From the NCBI GenBank assembly GCA_023460615.1, contig JAEWPL010000222.1, forward strand, positions 21,973 to 85,972: a DNA stretch of 64,000 bases, read 5' to 3'. This stretch comes from Pseudomonadota bacterium (GTDB taxonomy: Bacteria > Pseudomonadota > Gammaproteobacteria > Enterobacterales > Succinivibrionaceae). Under the pieces are notes generated by a model that worked only from the letters and a program-made list of their open reading frames with translations, was not told the origin of the DNA and ran no database searches. How positions within the stretch are numbered: position 1 is the stretch's first letter; each line of letters opens with the position of its first letter. Positions 1 through 9,655 of this stretch are shown in pieces. The translations under genes and the position numbers were made by a program.

Positions 1-255
1 TCCGTCAACACAACGACAAATATATACCTTATCTCCGTCAACTTTATGTTCTAATGATTTAACTCTTAAATCTTCTTTATTTAATGTTTTGTAAAAGTCA
101 AAATATATATCTTCAACATTGCTTATTGCATTATCTAATTTACTAATGTTTTCTTCCATTTGTCCCGAACAATGGTCTATACAACCATTTTCTCTTATAT
201 CTCTTAAATATTCATAACTTCTTTTTAATTCTGCTAATATTTCTTTATTAGTCAT
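1..255 (-). CDS. Hypothetical phage protein, partial (runs off window edge)
   Basis: ATG at 255 preceded by AGGAGGAG RBS; reads MTNKEILAELKRSYEYLRD...; not in the ORF track. Confidence 0.75.
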   Translation of the reverse strand, partial: MTNKEILAELKRSYEYLRDIRENGCIDHCSGQMEENISKLDNAISNVEDIYFDFYKTLNKEDLRVKSLEHKVDGDKVYICRCVDG

Positions 256-556
256 TTTTAATCTCCTCCTTAATCTTTTCTAAAACTATCATATAATAAT
301 CGTCATATATCTCAATGCCCTCGTTATAAACTCTACAAGCACCAAGTATATTTTTATTTTCTAATAAATCTAAATCAACTTCTTGTATGAACCAGTCGTA
401 CTCGCTGTCGCTTTGTGTTATAGTTCTTTCCAAATAGTTGTTATATTCCGTAACTGCTTGTTCTTTGTTGTTATATAGTGCTACTAATTTAGTGTTTACT
501 AATAAATCTTTTAAGTTTCTGCACTCGTCAGTATAACTTTCATATAATAAATACAT
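248..556 (-). CDS. Hypothetical phage protein
   Basis: 102-aa ORF, AAGGAGG RBS, tightly packed in leftward operon. Confidence 0.8.
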   Translation of the reverse strand: MYLLYESYTDECRNLKDLLVNTKLVALYNNKEQAVTEYNNYLERTITQSDSEYDWFIQEVDLDLLENKNILGACRVYNEGIEIYDDYYMIVLEKIKEEIKND

Positions 557-566
557 AGCAACCTCC

Positions 567-860
567 TTATTTTTCTAGCCACAATTTTGTTTCTAACCAA
601 TTAACCTCAACTTTATTCTTTATTTCTTCAATAGTAGGTATTCTTTTGTAGTCGTCATAGTAATCATTAATAAATCTTTGAATATTTCTATGTAATTCGT
701 CTGCAAATTCGTCGTCTTTATTTAAACCCATTTTATCTAAATCTAATTCTAAATCGTAATTATCTAAAATAGTTTCACTATCACTAATCTCCAAATCTAC
801 AATGACTTTATTTGTATTATCAATATCTTCAATATTCCAAATACAACAATTAACTTTCAT
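567..860 (-). CDS. Hypothetical phage protein
   Basis: Start placed at MKVNCC (GGAGG RBS); C-terminal RIPT-EE motif shared with 2219..2710. Confidence 0.75.
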   Translation of the reverse strand: MKVNCCIWNIEDIDNTNKVIVDLEISDSETILDNYDLELDLDKMGLNKDDEFADELHRNIQRFINDYYDDYKRIPTIEEIKNKVEVNWLETKLWLEK

Positions 861-1234
861 TATCTTCTTTCCTCCAACCACTTAATCATATTTTCTCGGT
901 CTTTTGTTTCAACAAGTTCAAAACCAACAAATGGACAAAGTTCACAAATGTAAATGTGTGTTCCGTTATATTCTTCGTGTGTCATACAACTTTCTTGACA
1001 CATAGGACAAATCATATCGCATTGACTAGCATTAAGAAATTCAATTACTTCTGCTATTATTTCATTACATTTTGCAATATGTTCGTTAGTGTCGCTTAAT
1101 TCGTCTAACACCTCTTGTAAATAACTTAATGCCATTTTTACAAACTTCTTGTTGTCTGCTTTTTCGTTAATTTCTTTTAATAAAATATCTTTTAACTCTT
1201 CTAGGTTGTTAATATCTTCATATTTATATTTCAT
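860..1234 (-). CDS. Hypothetical protein with C-terminal zinc ribbon
   Basis: CPMC...CELCP motif; GGAGG RBS. Confidence 0.75.
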   Translation of the reverse strand: MKYKYEDINNLEELKDILLKEINEKADNKKFVKMALSYLQEVLDELSDTNEHIAKCNEIIAEVIEFLNASQCDMICPMCQESCMTHEEYNGTHIYICELCPFVGFELVETKDRENMIKWLEERR

Positions 1235-1245
1235 AATATTTCCTC

Positions 1246-1515
1246 CTAATCTTTCTTACTCTTAACACTTGACTTATCTAATTCGTCTAATGCTCTGCTA
1301 AACATAAATTCTAATAATTCTAATGCACTTAATACACTATCGTATGTATTGAATTTTCCACTAAATAATTCCTTTTTATTTAATACAATAGTTAAACAAT
1401 AATTATTTGCCCCTCTATTAATATATGCAAGTTTCCAATTCTTATACTTCAATACACTTTCATTAAGTGATTTAATCTTTTCTTCTATTATTTGTAATTT
1501 TTCTCTCGGTGTCAT
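1246..1515 (-). CDS. Hypothetical phage protein
   Basis: 89-aa ORF, AAGGAGGTG RBS, directly downstream of a promoter copy. Confidence 0.8.
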   Translation of the reverse strand: MTPREKLQIIEEKIKSLNESVLKYKNWKLAYINRGANNYCLTIVLNKKELFSGKFNTYDSVLSALELLEFMFSRALDELDKSSVKSKKD

Positions 1516-1532
1516 TTTTAACCACCTCCTTT

Positions 1533-1577
1533 TTACACTTATATTATATCATATAAAAATTATATTTAGTAGTTTTT
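1533..1577 (-). promoter_or_regulatory. Left-arm promoter copy (CTACTAAA-N16-TATAAT, extended -10 TG)
   Basis: Minus strand AAAAACTACTAAATATAATTTTTATATGATATAATATAAGTGTAA. Confidence 0.8.
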
Positions 1578-2181
1578 AAAAATTTTCTAATTCTTTTTTA
1601 AAAGTTTCTAACCAACTTTCTTCCCACTTTGTGCCGTCTTTATATTTAACTGCTATATTATATAGTTCTAAACCATAATTAATTGCGTCGTCGTCATTTT
1701 CCCACTCTTGCTCGTCCCTAAAATAATCTATGGCTCTCCCTACTATTCTATTTACAAGTTCACTAAATGTTTGATAATCTTCGTCCTCTACAAGTTTATT
1801 TAATTGTAGGTCTAATATATTAAACCCACTTCCCGTATTGACGGGTTGCCACTCATAGAAATCACAAAAATTTTCTAACACTTCTAAATCTTCGCCACCA
1901 CTTAATTTGCTTAAACTAATATTTTCAAATTTTTCTCTAAACATTTGTTCGTGTGCTATTCTTTTTCCATAATCAGTAATATCATATACTTCTTGATTAG
2001 GAATTTGCATTATACTATCGTGATATTCTGCATAAACTTTCCACCTTTGTTCTCCGTCATCTTTGCACTCGTCTAGTTTATTAGATAATAACTCGTGAAT
2101 TTGCTCCCAATAATGATATGCACTAACCATATTGTTGTCTTTATATGCTTGTCTGCATTTATCTATAAGTTCTTGATACAT
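1576..2181 (-). CDS. Hypothetical phage protein
   Basis: 201-aa ORF, AAGGAGG RBS. Confidence 0.8.
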   Translation of the reverse strand: MYQELIDKCRQAYKDNNMVSAYHYWEQIHELLSNKLDECKDDGEQRWKVYAEYHDSIMQIPNQEVYDITDYGKRIAHEQMFREKFENISLSKLSGGEDLEVLENFCDFYEWQPVNTGSGFNILDLQLNKLVEDEDYQTFSELVNRIVGRAIDYFRDEQEWENDDDAINYGLELYNIAVKYKDGTKWEESWLETFKKELENF

Positions 2182-2218
2182 AATTATTCCTCCTTATTAT
2201 TGCAATAGAGAGTAATGG

Positions 2219-2710
2219 CTATTTTACCATTACTTCTCTAACTACATTTAATACTTCTTCTTGTGTAGGTATTCTTCTAACATTGTAATATAAATCTTTA
2301 ACATTTTTAGAAATTTCATAACAAATATTGAATAGTTGTATTTCTTTATAACCACTAATATTTACTACTAATTCATATTCTCCTAATACATTATCGTCAG
2401 TACCTACTAACATAATCTTTAAACCATTTTCGGTATCTTTAACACCAACACCAACTAATGTTGCTAATGGCTCATAATCTTCTTCGTTATCGTCGTTATC
2501 TTCATATTCTTCGTCAAATAATTCTTCAATTTCTTCTTCATAGTAATCGTTAATATTATCTCCATAAGTATTTTCTACTAACTCATACACTTCAAAATCT
2601 TCTCCTCTCATTTCTTTGTTGTATCTTAATTCTTCTTGAATATAAGTACCACAACTTTCTTTTGTTTCATATTCTGCAACTGCATTGCCTTTGTAATAAA
2701 CTTTAAACAT
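2219..2710 (-). CDS. Hypothetical acidic phage protein
   Basis: 163-aa ORF, AAGGAGG RBS, central D/E-rich tract. Confidence 0.8.
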   Translation of the reverse strand: MFKVYYKGNAVAEYETKESCGTYIQEELRYNKEMRGEDFEVYELVENTYGDNINDYYEEEIEELFDEEYEDNDDNEEDYEPLATLVGVGVKDTENGLKIMLVGTDDNVLGEYELVVNISGYKEIQLFNICYEISKNVKDLYYNVRRIPTQEEVLNVVREVMVK

Positions 2711-2746
2711 TTCTTTTCCTCCTTAATTTTATTAATGTTTCTTTAT

Positions 2747-2791
2747 TTTACAATTATATTATATCATACAATTTAATTATTTAGTAGTTTT
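2747..2791 (-). promoter_or_regulatory. Left-arm promoter copy, overlapping the 3' end of the upstream CDS
   Basis: Plus strand attatatcatacaatttaattatttagtagttttt; same spacing as other copies. Confidence 0.75.
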
Positions 2792-3663
2792 TCAATAAAT
2801 TTCTCGTCATTGTGTAGGTCGTGTAGTAATGTATCAATACACTCTCCAATACTTCCAAATGTATCGTCATAAATATTATCTACATAATTACCCTCATTAT
2901 CAATAAATTCAATTTCAAACCAATTACCTAACATAAAACATAATTTACCACTCTCAACTGCTTTATAGCACTCGTCGTTGTTTCTAACATAGTATCTAAT
3001 TATATCGTCATAGTTTCGTGTATTTATATCTCCGTCAGTATATTCACATTTTAACTCTCCACGGCTACAACACCAAATACTACCATATTTGCATATACCT
3101 AGTTCATAACTATAACCATAATGAAAGAAGTCCATATCTTGATTATTTAATAATGATTTGTCTAGTGTAATAATTACACTATCTTTTAATTTTTCTCTTT
3201 CTGCTATTTCTTCGTCAGTATAATAATGAAAACCAACCCAATGCGTTTCGTCATACCACTTTGTAAATATTGCATAGTCCATATTTGATAAAACTATTTC
3301 TAATGGCTTACTTAAATCTAAATTCTTTAATGTAGTATTTAAAGTATATAAATCGTTTTCTTCTTCGTTGCCTACATATAAAGTCATATAAATATGGTCT
3401 ACATATTCTTGCCCTAATTCTTCGTTCCAACAAAAACCTATTTGGCTACCCGTATAATTTCCATTATAAAAGTAATCTCCAATTCCAAAACCAAAATCTA
3501 AACTATCAAAATCTAATTCTATTGATTTATTGTTGTCTTTATTTCTAATTATTAATTTTTTAGTATTAAGTCTTTTTTGTTCTTCTTCCCAACATTTATC
3601 ACAATATGCACTTTCATAGTCCTCTTTTGTTTTTCCACAATTAAAGCATATTTCTTTATTCAT
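2773..3663 (-). CDS. Hypothetical protein with N-terminal zinc finger
   Basis: CFNC...CDKC at the N-terminus; GGAGG RBS. Confidence 0.75.
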   Translation of the reverse strand: MNKEICFNCGKTKEDYESAYCDKCWEEEQKRLNTKKLIIRNKDNNKSIELDFDSLDFGFGIGDYFYNGNYTGSQIGFCWNEELGQEYVDHIYMTLYVGNEEENDLYTLNTTLKNLDLSKPLEIVLSNMDYAIFTKWYDETHWVGFHYYTDEEIAEREKLKDSVIITLDKSLLNNQDMDFFHYGYSYELGICKYGSIWCCSRGELKCEYTDGDINTRNYDDIIRYYVRNNDECYKAVESGKLCFMLGNWFEIEFIDNEGNYVDNIYDDTFGSIGECIDTLLHDLHNDEKFIEKLLNN

Positions 3664-3665
3664 TA

Positions 3666-3938
3666 TTATAACCTCCTAAAATCTAATATTCCTACATATA
3701 CATTGCCGTCTTTTATTTCTGCTATAAAATCTTCGGTAGTCATTAAACCCTCATACCAATTTAATACATAACCATTGCCATATAACCTAGTATAATCTCC
3801 TATAATGTCAATTTCTCCGTCGTCATACTTTTCTGCATAAGCAATATAATGTTTTATTGCTTTATCTATCATATTTAATTGCTCGTTTGTTAACTCTGCT
3901 TTTAAAATATGATAATCTTTACAATTTTTTAGTCCCAT
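3666..3938 (-). CDS. Hypothetical phage protein
   Basis: 90-aa ORF with RBS, overlaps neighbour. Confidence 0.75.
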   Translation of the reverse strand: MGLKNCKDYHILKAELTNEQLNMIDKAIKHYIAYAEKYDDGEIDIIGDYTRLYGNGYVLNWYEGLMTTEDFIAEIKDGNVYVGILDFRRL

Positions 3939-4264
3939 ATATTAATCTCCTCCACAACTTTTTTGTTATAGAATTTCATATATCTATCTAACCAAGTTTC
4001 AACTTCGTCGGTATATAAATTGTCTTTCTTTAATTCCCAAACTAAATTCTCATAATCTATTAAGTTTTGGTCGTTAATATTTTCTCCTATATATTCGTCA
4101 ATTTCATTAAGTTTATCATAATGTCTATCTAATTTCTCTACAAGTTCACTTGCAAGAGTGATAAGTTCCTCACAAATTTTCTTGTAATTGTTATCACTCT
4201 CACAATTTTCAAACTCGTCTTGTAAATCATATAATTTAATTTCAATATTATGTAAACTATTCAT
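3929..4264 (-). CDS. Hypothetical phage protein
   Basis: 111-aa ORF, translationally coupled. Confidence 0.75.
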   Translation of the reverse strand: MNSLHNIEIKLYDLQDEFENCESDNNYKKICEELITLASELVEKLDRHYDKLNEIDEYIGENINDQNLIDYENLVWELKKDNLYTDEVETWLDRYMKFYNKKVVEEINIWD

Positions 4265-5814
4265 TAGAAATTTACCTCCATTTTTCTATATTTAGCAAAC
4301 TCTTTTAATGCTTGTTGTTCGTTTTCAGTCGGTTTTCTATTATGTAGTCCTCTTACTTGTACTATTGTGTTATGTCTAACTTCAAATGTTATTAAACTTT
4401 CTTCTTTGTCTTTTCTTAAAAAGTAAATTAAACACTCTCCGTCAATAACTCTTTTAATATAACTTGCTACACAATGATTTAATGTATCTCCCTCTTTTTT
4501 CAAGTCATTACTATCTTTTGGTGCTACTACACTATAAAATTTTCCTTTATATTCTTTAAAATCTTTATATCTGCTTTTAAATGTTTCTTCATTTTCTTTT
4601 TCAACTTTAACATTATGATTTCTACTTGTTATATCGTGTGTTTGTTTTAAATAACTTGAATATAATGTCGGCTTAATATCGTCTTGTTTACACATTCTCA
4701 AATAATCTCTTAATTCACTTACAAAATCTCTAACTCTATTATAACCTTGATTTATTGTTTCATTAATTACATAATTTGAGAATTTACCAAATGAATAATT
4801 ATCTTTAAATACTTCTTCGTTTGCATAACTTGATAATAAAGTTTCTAATAAACTGCCGTTTTTATTATAGTAATAATTATTATTATAATTTATATTATAA
4901 AATTGTAAATCTTCTTCATAGTGTTTCATTTCGTCAATAGTTTCAAACCACTCACTTTCAGTTTTGTTTATACCATAAGTTTCGTTCTTTTTACCACCAA
5001 TATAATCTCTATTATCAAATAATGTTCTAATAACACCTCTTTCAACTGCTTTATTATAAGTTTCTTGTGATACACCTATAATTTTATAGATAGGTAGTGC
5101 TTGTTCTAAATTTAGTTTTAATAAATCGTCCATTATTTCTTTTGGAGATGTTTTCAATATAATTTCAAAAGATTTATTACATAGATTTCTTTCTCTTAAT
5201 TCTCTTAAATCATATCTTCCCTCATAATTTACACCATATAAAGTATTAACAAACTCTCCGTCTTTTATTCTTTCAAGAGGTTGTAATTCGCTCCGAGAAG
5301 TGTTTTCTTCAATAACTTGTTCAGTTTCTGCAATAAATCTTGCTTGTTTGTCGTCCATAAAACTAATTACTCGTTCTTCTAATAGTTTTGTGTTAAACTT
5401 TGTGTTATCTCTATTAATATTATATTTATATTTCTTTGTGATAATACTTGCTAATTCATAACTATACCCAACTACTACGGAAATAATATCACTTTTATTG
5501 TATATAGTATAAACAATATCGTCCTCTTCTATATTATCAACTTCAAGTCCCGTAGCAATATCAAATAAACTTTCATTACTTCTTCCGTCATATCTCACAA
5601 CAACTCTTTTTGATAGAGGTATAAAATTGCTTGTATACACTCTTTCTACTTCTTTATGCAATTCTTCACTTTTTAATTCAATACTCTTTTGCAATTTTGT
5701 TATTTCTTTTTTAATTGCTTGTATCTTTTCTTCGTTCTTTGAATTTGCATTAATTAAACTTGTTAAGTCGTGTGTTTCTTTCTTATAATAATCTCTTAAA
5801 TAATTAGTTTCCAT
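4264..5814 (-). CDS. PcfJ-domain protein
   Basis: C-terminal LKKEGDTLNHCVASY...IYFLRK...TFEV...IVQVRGLHNRKP is the PcfJ-like signature; start moved to METNYL (GAGGAGG RBS). Confidence 0.8.
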   Translation of the reverse strand: METNYLRDYYKKETHDLTSLINANSKNEEKIQAIKKEITKLQKSIELKSEELHKEVERVYTSNFIPLSKRVVVRYDGRSNESLFDIATGLEVDNIEEDDIVYTIYNKSDIISVVVGYSYELASIITKKYKYNINRDNTKFNTKLLEERVISFMDDKQARFIAETEQVIEENTSRSELQPLERIKDGEFVNTLYGVNYEGRYDLRELRERNLCNKSFEIILKTSPKEIMDDLLKLNLEQALPIYKIIGVSQETYNKAVERGVIRTLFDNRDYIGGKKNETYGINKTESEWFETIDEMKHYEEDLQFYNINYNNNYYYNKNGSLLETLLSSYANEEVFKDNYSFGKFSNYVINETINQGYNRVRDFVSELRDYLRMCKQDDIKPTLYSSYLKQTHDITSRNHNVKVEKENEETFKSRYKDFKEYKGKFYSVVAPKDSNDLKKEGDTLNHCVASYIKRVIDGECLIYFLRKDKEESLITFEVRHNTIVQVRGLHNRKPTENEQQALKEFAKYRKMEVNF

Positions 5815-5830
5815 AAAATTACCTCCTCTT

Positions 5831-6379
5831 TTACCATAACACTTCACAACTATTAAGGTCAACTATTTTAAAGTCGTGTCCTCCACAATATTTATGCACT
5901 CTATTTCCTTGCTTAAAACCATTTAATACTCTTGTTGTCATTTTTTGTCTATAAAACACTTTACCACATTTAACACAAGTTATTTCCCATTTATAATGAA
6001 TTTCTTTTGTAGGTCTAACCTTGTTTGCTTTCTCATATATCTTATTAATACTTGTAGTTCTTGTTATGTGATAATCAGTTCTATTATTTACATAACTAGC
6101 ATAGTATTGCCATTTTGCTTTGTGTCCTATTGTATCTTTAAAAGTGTGTAAAATTTCGTGAATAATAGTATTTTTTATATCGTGGTCGTCCCCTATTTCT
6201 AGCAACCAACTTGATATATTAATATCTTGTTTTTCACAACATTGTCCTAGTCTTTTCTTTGCTCTATAATTAATTGTATATCTAATATTATCTTTTAGCA
6301 TTTTACCTAGTCCAATATCTCTTAATTCCTTTTCACTTTCTTTTACTAATCTTCTTAATTTTTGATTTAGTGTTTCCAT
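5831..6379 (-). CDS. SprT-like zinc metalloprotease
   Basis: RAKKRLGQC, HEILH...GH..KW zincin motif, C-terminal CVKC zinc ribbon. Confidence 0.8.
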   Translation of the reverse strand: METLNQKLRRLVKESEKELRDIGLGKMLKDNIRYTINYRAKKRLGQCCEKQDINISSWLLEIGDDHDIKNTIIHEILHTFKDTIGHKAKWQYYASYVNNRTDYHITRTTSINKIYEKANKVRPTKEIHYKWEITCVKCGKVFYRQKMTTRVLNGFKQGNRVHKYCGGHDFKIVDLNSCEVLW

Positions 6380-6412
6380 AATATACCTCCTATAAAAAGT
6401 CTTTCTTTCTTT

Positions 6413-6458
6413 TTACACTTATATTATATCACATAAAATCAGTATTTAGTAGTTTTTT
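6413..6458 (-). promoter_or_regulatory. Left-arm promoter copy
   Basis: Plus strand ttacacttatattatatcacataaaatcagtatttagtagtttttt. Confidence 0.8.
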
Positions 6459-6469
6459 AAAAATTTCTC

Positions 6470-6718
6470 TTAACTAATTAAGATAAAATTTTCATTTTCT
6501 TTAACACTACTACCAATGTTTTCATTAATTAAATCTACTATCATATTATTTTCTTTTTCTCCGTTATTTTCAACAAGTTCACAAAACCAAGCATTATGTA
6601 CTCCATTTAATTCGTCGTCGTTTCCTAAAAATACTCTTATTTTAGACAAATCTAACCCTTGTTCTTCTAATTTTAGTGCCACTTCTAATATGCTTTGCAT
6701 AGTTAATTGTGTATTCAT
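6470..6718 (-). CDS. Hypothetical phage protein
   Basis: 82-aa ORF, AAGGAGG RBS. Confidence 0.75.
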   Translation of the reverse strand: MNTQLTMQSILEVALKLEEQGLDLSKIRVFLGNDDELNGVHNAWFCELVENNGEKENNMIVDLINENIGSSVKENENFILIS

Positions 6719-6888
6719 TATTTTTCCTCCTTTACATTTAATACAAACACTTGTTCACTATCGTTCAAATCAATATATAATTCGTTTTTATCGGTCAAAT
6801 AAATACTTGCTCCGTTTTCGTATGCTAACTCCTCAATGTGTTCTGCTATAATCTCATATAAATTATTCATTAATTGTTCTTTTATCAT
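6718..6888 (-). CDS. Small hypothetical protein (56 aa, not in ORF track)
   Basis: MIKEQLMNNLYEIIAEHIEELAYENGASIYLTDKNELYIDLNDSEQVFVLNVKEEK; fills the gap exactly between neighbours. Confidence 0.7.
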   Translation of the reverse strand: MIKEQLMNNLYEIIAEHIEELAYENGASIYLTDKNELYIDLNDSEQVFVLNVKEEK

Positions 6889-6889
6889 T

Positions 6890-7120
6890 TTAATCACTTT
6901 CCTTATTATTATTTAATTCGTCGTCAATTACCATTTCAACCTTGTCTATGTATTTATTTAGAAATTCAAGTCCAAATTCAATTTGGTCTATCGTTATCTC
7001 TTTTTTAAAAATATCTTCAAAATATTCAATATCGTCATTAATGTCGTTTACATATTCATTATAAACTGCACATAATATTGCTTTCACTTTTTCTTTTGTT
7101 ATTTCTTTATTATCAAACAT
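6890..7120 (-). CDS. Hypothetical phage protein
   Basis: 76-aa ORF, GAGGAGG RBS. Confidence 0.75.
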   Translation of the reverse strand: MFDNKEITKEKVKAILCAVYNEYVNDINDDIEYFEDIFKKEITIDQIEFGLEFLNKYIDKVEMVIDDELNNNKESD

Positions 7121-7122
7121 AA

Positions 7123-7470
7123 CTATTCCTCCTCGTTATCACTAAACATATCTAAAAAGTCTAATGCTTGATAATTATAAAAACCAGTTAATTCTCTCAA
7201 TTTATCATAATAATCAAAATTGTCCTCTTTTTGTGATAATTCGTCTAGTGCTTTCATTAAACCATTTTCAAGGAGTTCTACATAATTAATATCTAGTTCA
7301 TGTCCTAACTCTTGCATTAATTCTACCCCAGTTTCATTGCCAACTTGACTATAAATGTCTAATGGTGCAATTAGTTTATCAAAACACTCTATTATTTTCT
7401 TTTCTTTAATTTTATAAATATTCATATTGCTATCAATTACAATGCTATATGGCTCATTTAAAGTTGTCAT
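7123..7470 (-). CDS. Hypothetical phage protein
   Basis: 115-aa ORF with RBS. Confidence 0.75.
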   Translation of the reverse strand: MTTLNEPYSIVIDSNMNIYKIKEKKIIECFDKLIAPLDIYSQVGNETGVELMQELGHELDINYVELLENGLMKALDELSQKEDNFDYYDKLRELTGFYNYQALDFLDMFSDNEEE

Positions 7471-7471
7471 A

Positions 7472-7735
7472 TTATTTACCCCCTTTGGCTAATTTTTCTA
7501 ACTTTTCAGTATCAAACATTATGTTTTTAAATAAAACATTTTCTTTTGTTTTTTTGGTATCTACTATATCAATATAATCACTTTTAGATATATCGGTATT
7601 ACTTGTAAGGTCAAGAATATGTTTTTTGCCGTTTTCTTCTTCTATAATCATTACACCTTGTTTACTTTCATAACCTCTTTCGTGATTTTTATTTACCATA
7701 ATTACATTTTTCTTTGTTTTAACTTCCTTAATCAT
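7472..7735 (-). CDS. Hypothetical phage protein
   Basis: 87-aa ORF, GGAGG RBS. Confidence 0.75.
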   Translation of the reverse strand: MIKEVKTKKNVIMVNKNHERGYESKQGVMIIEEENGKKHILDLTSNTDISKSDYIDIVDTKKTKENVLFKNIMFDTEKLEKLAKGGK

Positions 7736-7764
7736 TTCTTTATTCCTCCCCGTGTTATATTACC

Positions 7765-7828
7765 CTTATGGACTTTGTGAATAGCACTACACGGAACGGA
7801 GCATAATGCTACTCACAAAACCCATAAG
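7765..7828 (-). other. 28-bp intergenic RNA hairpin (candidate RNase III processing site)
   Basis: Arms pair continuously on the minus strand with 6 G.U pairs; 8-nt loop; no U-tract. Confidence 0.7.
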
Positions 7829-7844
7829 AGTTTTGTTTGCCGTG

Positions 7845-8102
7845 TTATAACCAACGGCTCTTTGCTTTCTTAATACCTACGACAAAACCATATTTGCCAC
7901 TCTTTACTATATAAGAATTTTGTTTTACTCTTATTAAAAATTCATTATGTTTTCCTTGTTTTTGGCTCTTTTTGTCGTGTTTTAAGACTAATTTTGTTAA
8001 TTTTCTGCACATTTTATCAAATTTTCTTCTGCTTTTGATTTCTTGCATATCAATTAATTTTAGTGTGTTTATGGCTCTTATTTCCATAATCATAACTATC
8101 AC
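7845..8102 (-). CDS. Hypothetical basic protein
   Basis: 85-aa lysine-rich ORF downstream of a promoter copy; start uncertain. Confidence 0.65.
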   Translation of the reverse strand: MIVMIMEIRAINTLKLIDMQEIKSRRKFDKMCRKLTKLVLKHDKKSQKQGKHNEFLIRVKQNSYIVKSGKYGFVVGIKKAKSRWL

Positions 8103-8109
8103 TTCCTTA

Positions 8110-8154
8110 TTACATACTCATTATACCATACCAATTATATATTTAGTAGTTTTT
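8110..8154 (-). promoter_or_regulatory. Left-arm promoter copy
   Basis: Plus strand attataccataccaattatatatttagtagttttt. Confidence 0.8.
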
Positions 8155-9247
8155 AGAAAATTCTTTTTAATAAATTGCAATGTTCTACTTGCTCTATTCC
8201 TACTAAACCAATTTCACTGCAACAATTATCAGTTCTATTCCATACATAAGCATATAATTGTTTTTCTTTTATATCTGCTCTATCACTTCCCCACTCTTCC
8301 TCGTGGCTACTAACATATAACATAGTATATAATTGCCCTATATTAGTATCGTTATATACAATATGATAAACATAAGCATTATATTCTTTTTCAAATTCGT
8401 TTATTGCTTTGATTAACTCAGTTTCTTTTTTTTGTATTTCTCTTATCATATATCTATCACTTATATATAACTTTTCACTAAATCGTGGCTCTAAACCTAA
8501 CAACTCAATTCTTGCTTTGCTTTCTTCCACTTGCTTTTGTGTAGGCTTATATTCTCTTGTAGGAACGGCTTTTACTTTAATATCTTTACCTATTGCTTTT
8601 GCTAAACAATATGCTTTCTTATAGTCCATAGTTTCAAGTATGCTATTATTTTCACTATAATAAAAACTGCCGTTTGTACCTTTTGGCTTAACATAACCAT
8701 AGGTATCACTATATAAATAGTATTTTCCCTTGTGTTTTTCTTCTAAATAACCAATAAATACATTATAATATTCTTCCAATACTTCCATAACTCTTGCTTT
8801 CTCGTTGTTATATTCTTCGGCTCTATAATATATTTTGCTTTTATTATCTTTACTTTCCCACTCTAAAATATAATCATAGTTGCCACTCTCTATTTCAGTT
8901 TGTGTTATAGGAGTGTGTAGGCTACTTATTTGCTCTCCTAAACAATAAGAGGTATATTTCATAGTGGCTAAATCGTATAAACAATATTCCTTGCCGTATT
9001 TTTCTTGCATATAATCTCTTGTTTTTAATACTGCATAATTCCACTCATAACAACTATTATTAAGTTGTAAATTTCCACCACTAATATCTTTTAATAAATA
9101 AAGCATTTTTTCTTTATAACTCATATCTGCTTTTCCGTATTCCCACTTTCCAAATGTTAAAGGTCGAACATTACTACAAGCACTTGTAATAAATATTTTA
9201 CCCTCTTTTGGCTTTCTTGTTATACATTTTACCTTTTCATAACTCAT
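8153..9247 (-). CDS. Hypothetical phage protein
   Basis: 364-aa ORF, GGAGG RBS. Confidence 0.8.
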   Translation of the reverse strand: MSYEKVKCITRKPKEGKIFITSACSNVRPLTFGKWEYGKADMSYKEKMLYLLKDISGGNLQLNNSCYEWNYAVLKTRDYMQEKYGKEYCLYDLATMKYTSYCLGEQISSLHTPITQTEIESGNYDYILEWESKDNKSKIYYRAEEYNNEKARVMEVLEEYYNVFIGYLEEKHKGKYYLYSDTYGYVKPKGTNGSFYYSENNSILETMDYKKAYCLAKAIGKDIKVKAVPTREYKPTQKQVEESKARIELLGLEPRFSEKLYISDRYMIREIQKKETELIKAINEFEKEYNAYVYHIVYNDTNIGQLYTMLYVSSHEEEWGSDRADIKEKQLYAYVWNRTDNCCSEIGLVGIEQVEHCNLLKRIF

Positions 9248-9591
9248 AACAATTCCTCCTCAATTAAACTATTGTATGTTACACCCTCATAATCAGTATA
9301 AACATTTTTCTCAACTCTGCATTTTGTATCAAAATATTTTTTTTGGTCGTTATAGATTTCCATAACCCTATCATAACCTAATATATCAATATATTCTTCT
9401 GCATAAGGTCTATGATAATATTCACTACAAGCATTAATACAAACACTTGTAAAAATATCTTCTCCATATACCAAACAACTCATAATCATTTCCCTTAAAC
9501 TTAATTCTTTTAATTTTAGTTTTTGTTCGTCGGTTAATGTCTTATAACAATTTAAAAATGTTTGTTGCTCTCTTATTTCTTTACTATTCAT
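9244..9591 (-). CDS. Hypothetical phage protein
   Basis: 115-aa ORF, AAGGAGG RBS. Confidence 0.8.
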   Translation of the reverse strand: MNSKEIREQQTFLNCYKTLTDEQKLKLKELSLREMIMSCLVYGEDIFTSVCINACSEYYHRPYAEEYIDILGYDRVMEIYNDQKKYFDTKCRVEKNVYTDYEGVTYNSLIEEELL

Positions 9592-9609
9592 ACATAGTCC
9601 TCCTTTGTC

Positions 9610-9655
9610 TTTACACCTATATTATAACATATAGTTTTGGTATTTAGTAGTTTTT
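9610..9655 (-). promoter_or_regulatory. Left-arm promoter copy
   Basis: Plus strand tttacacctatattataacatatagttttggtatttagtagttttt. Confidence 0.8.
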
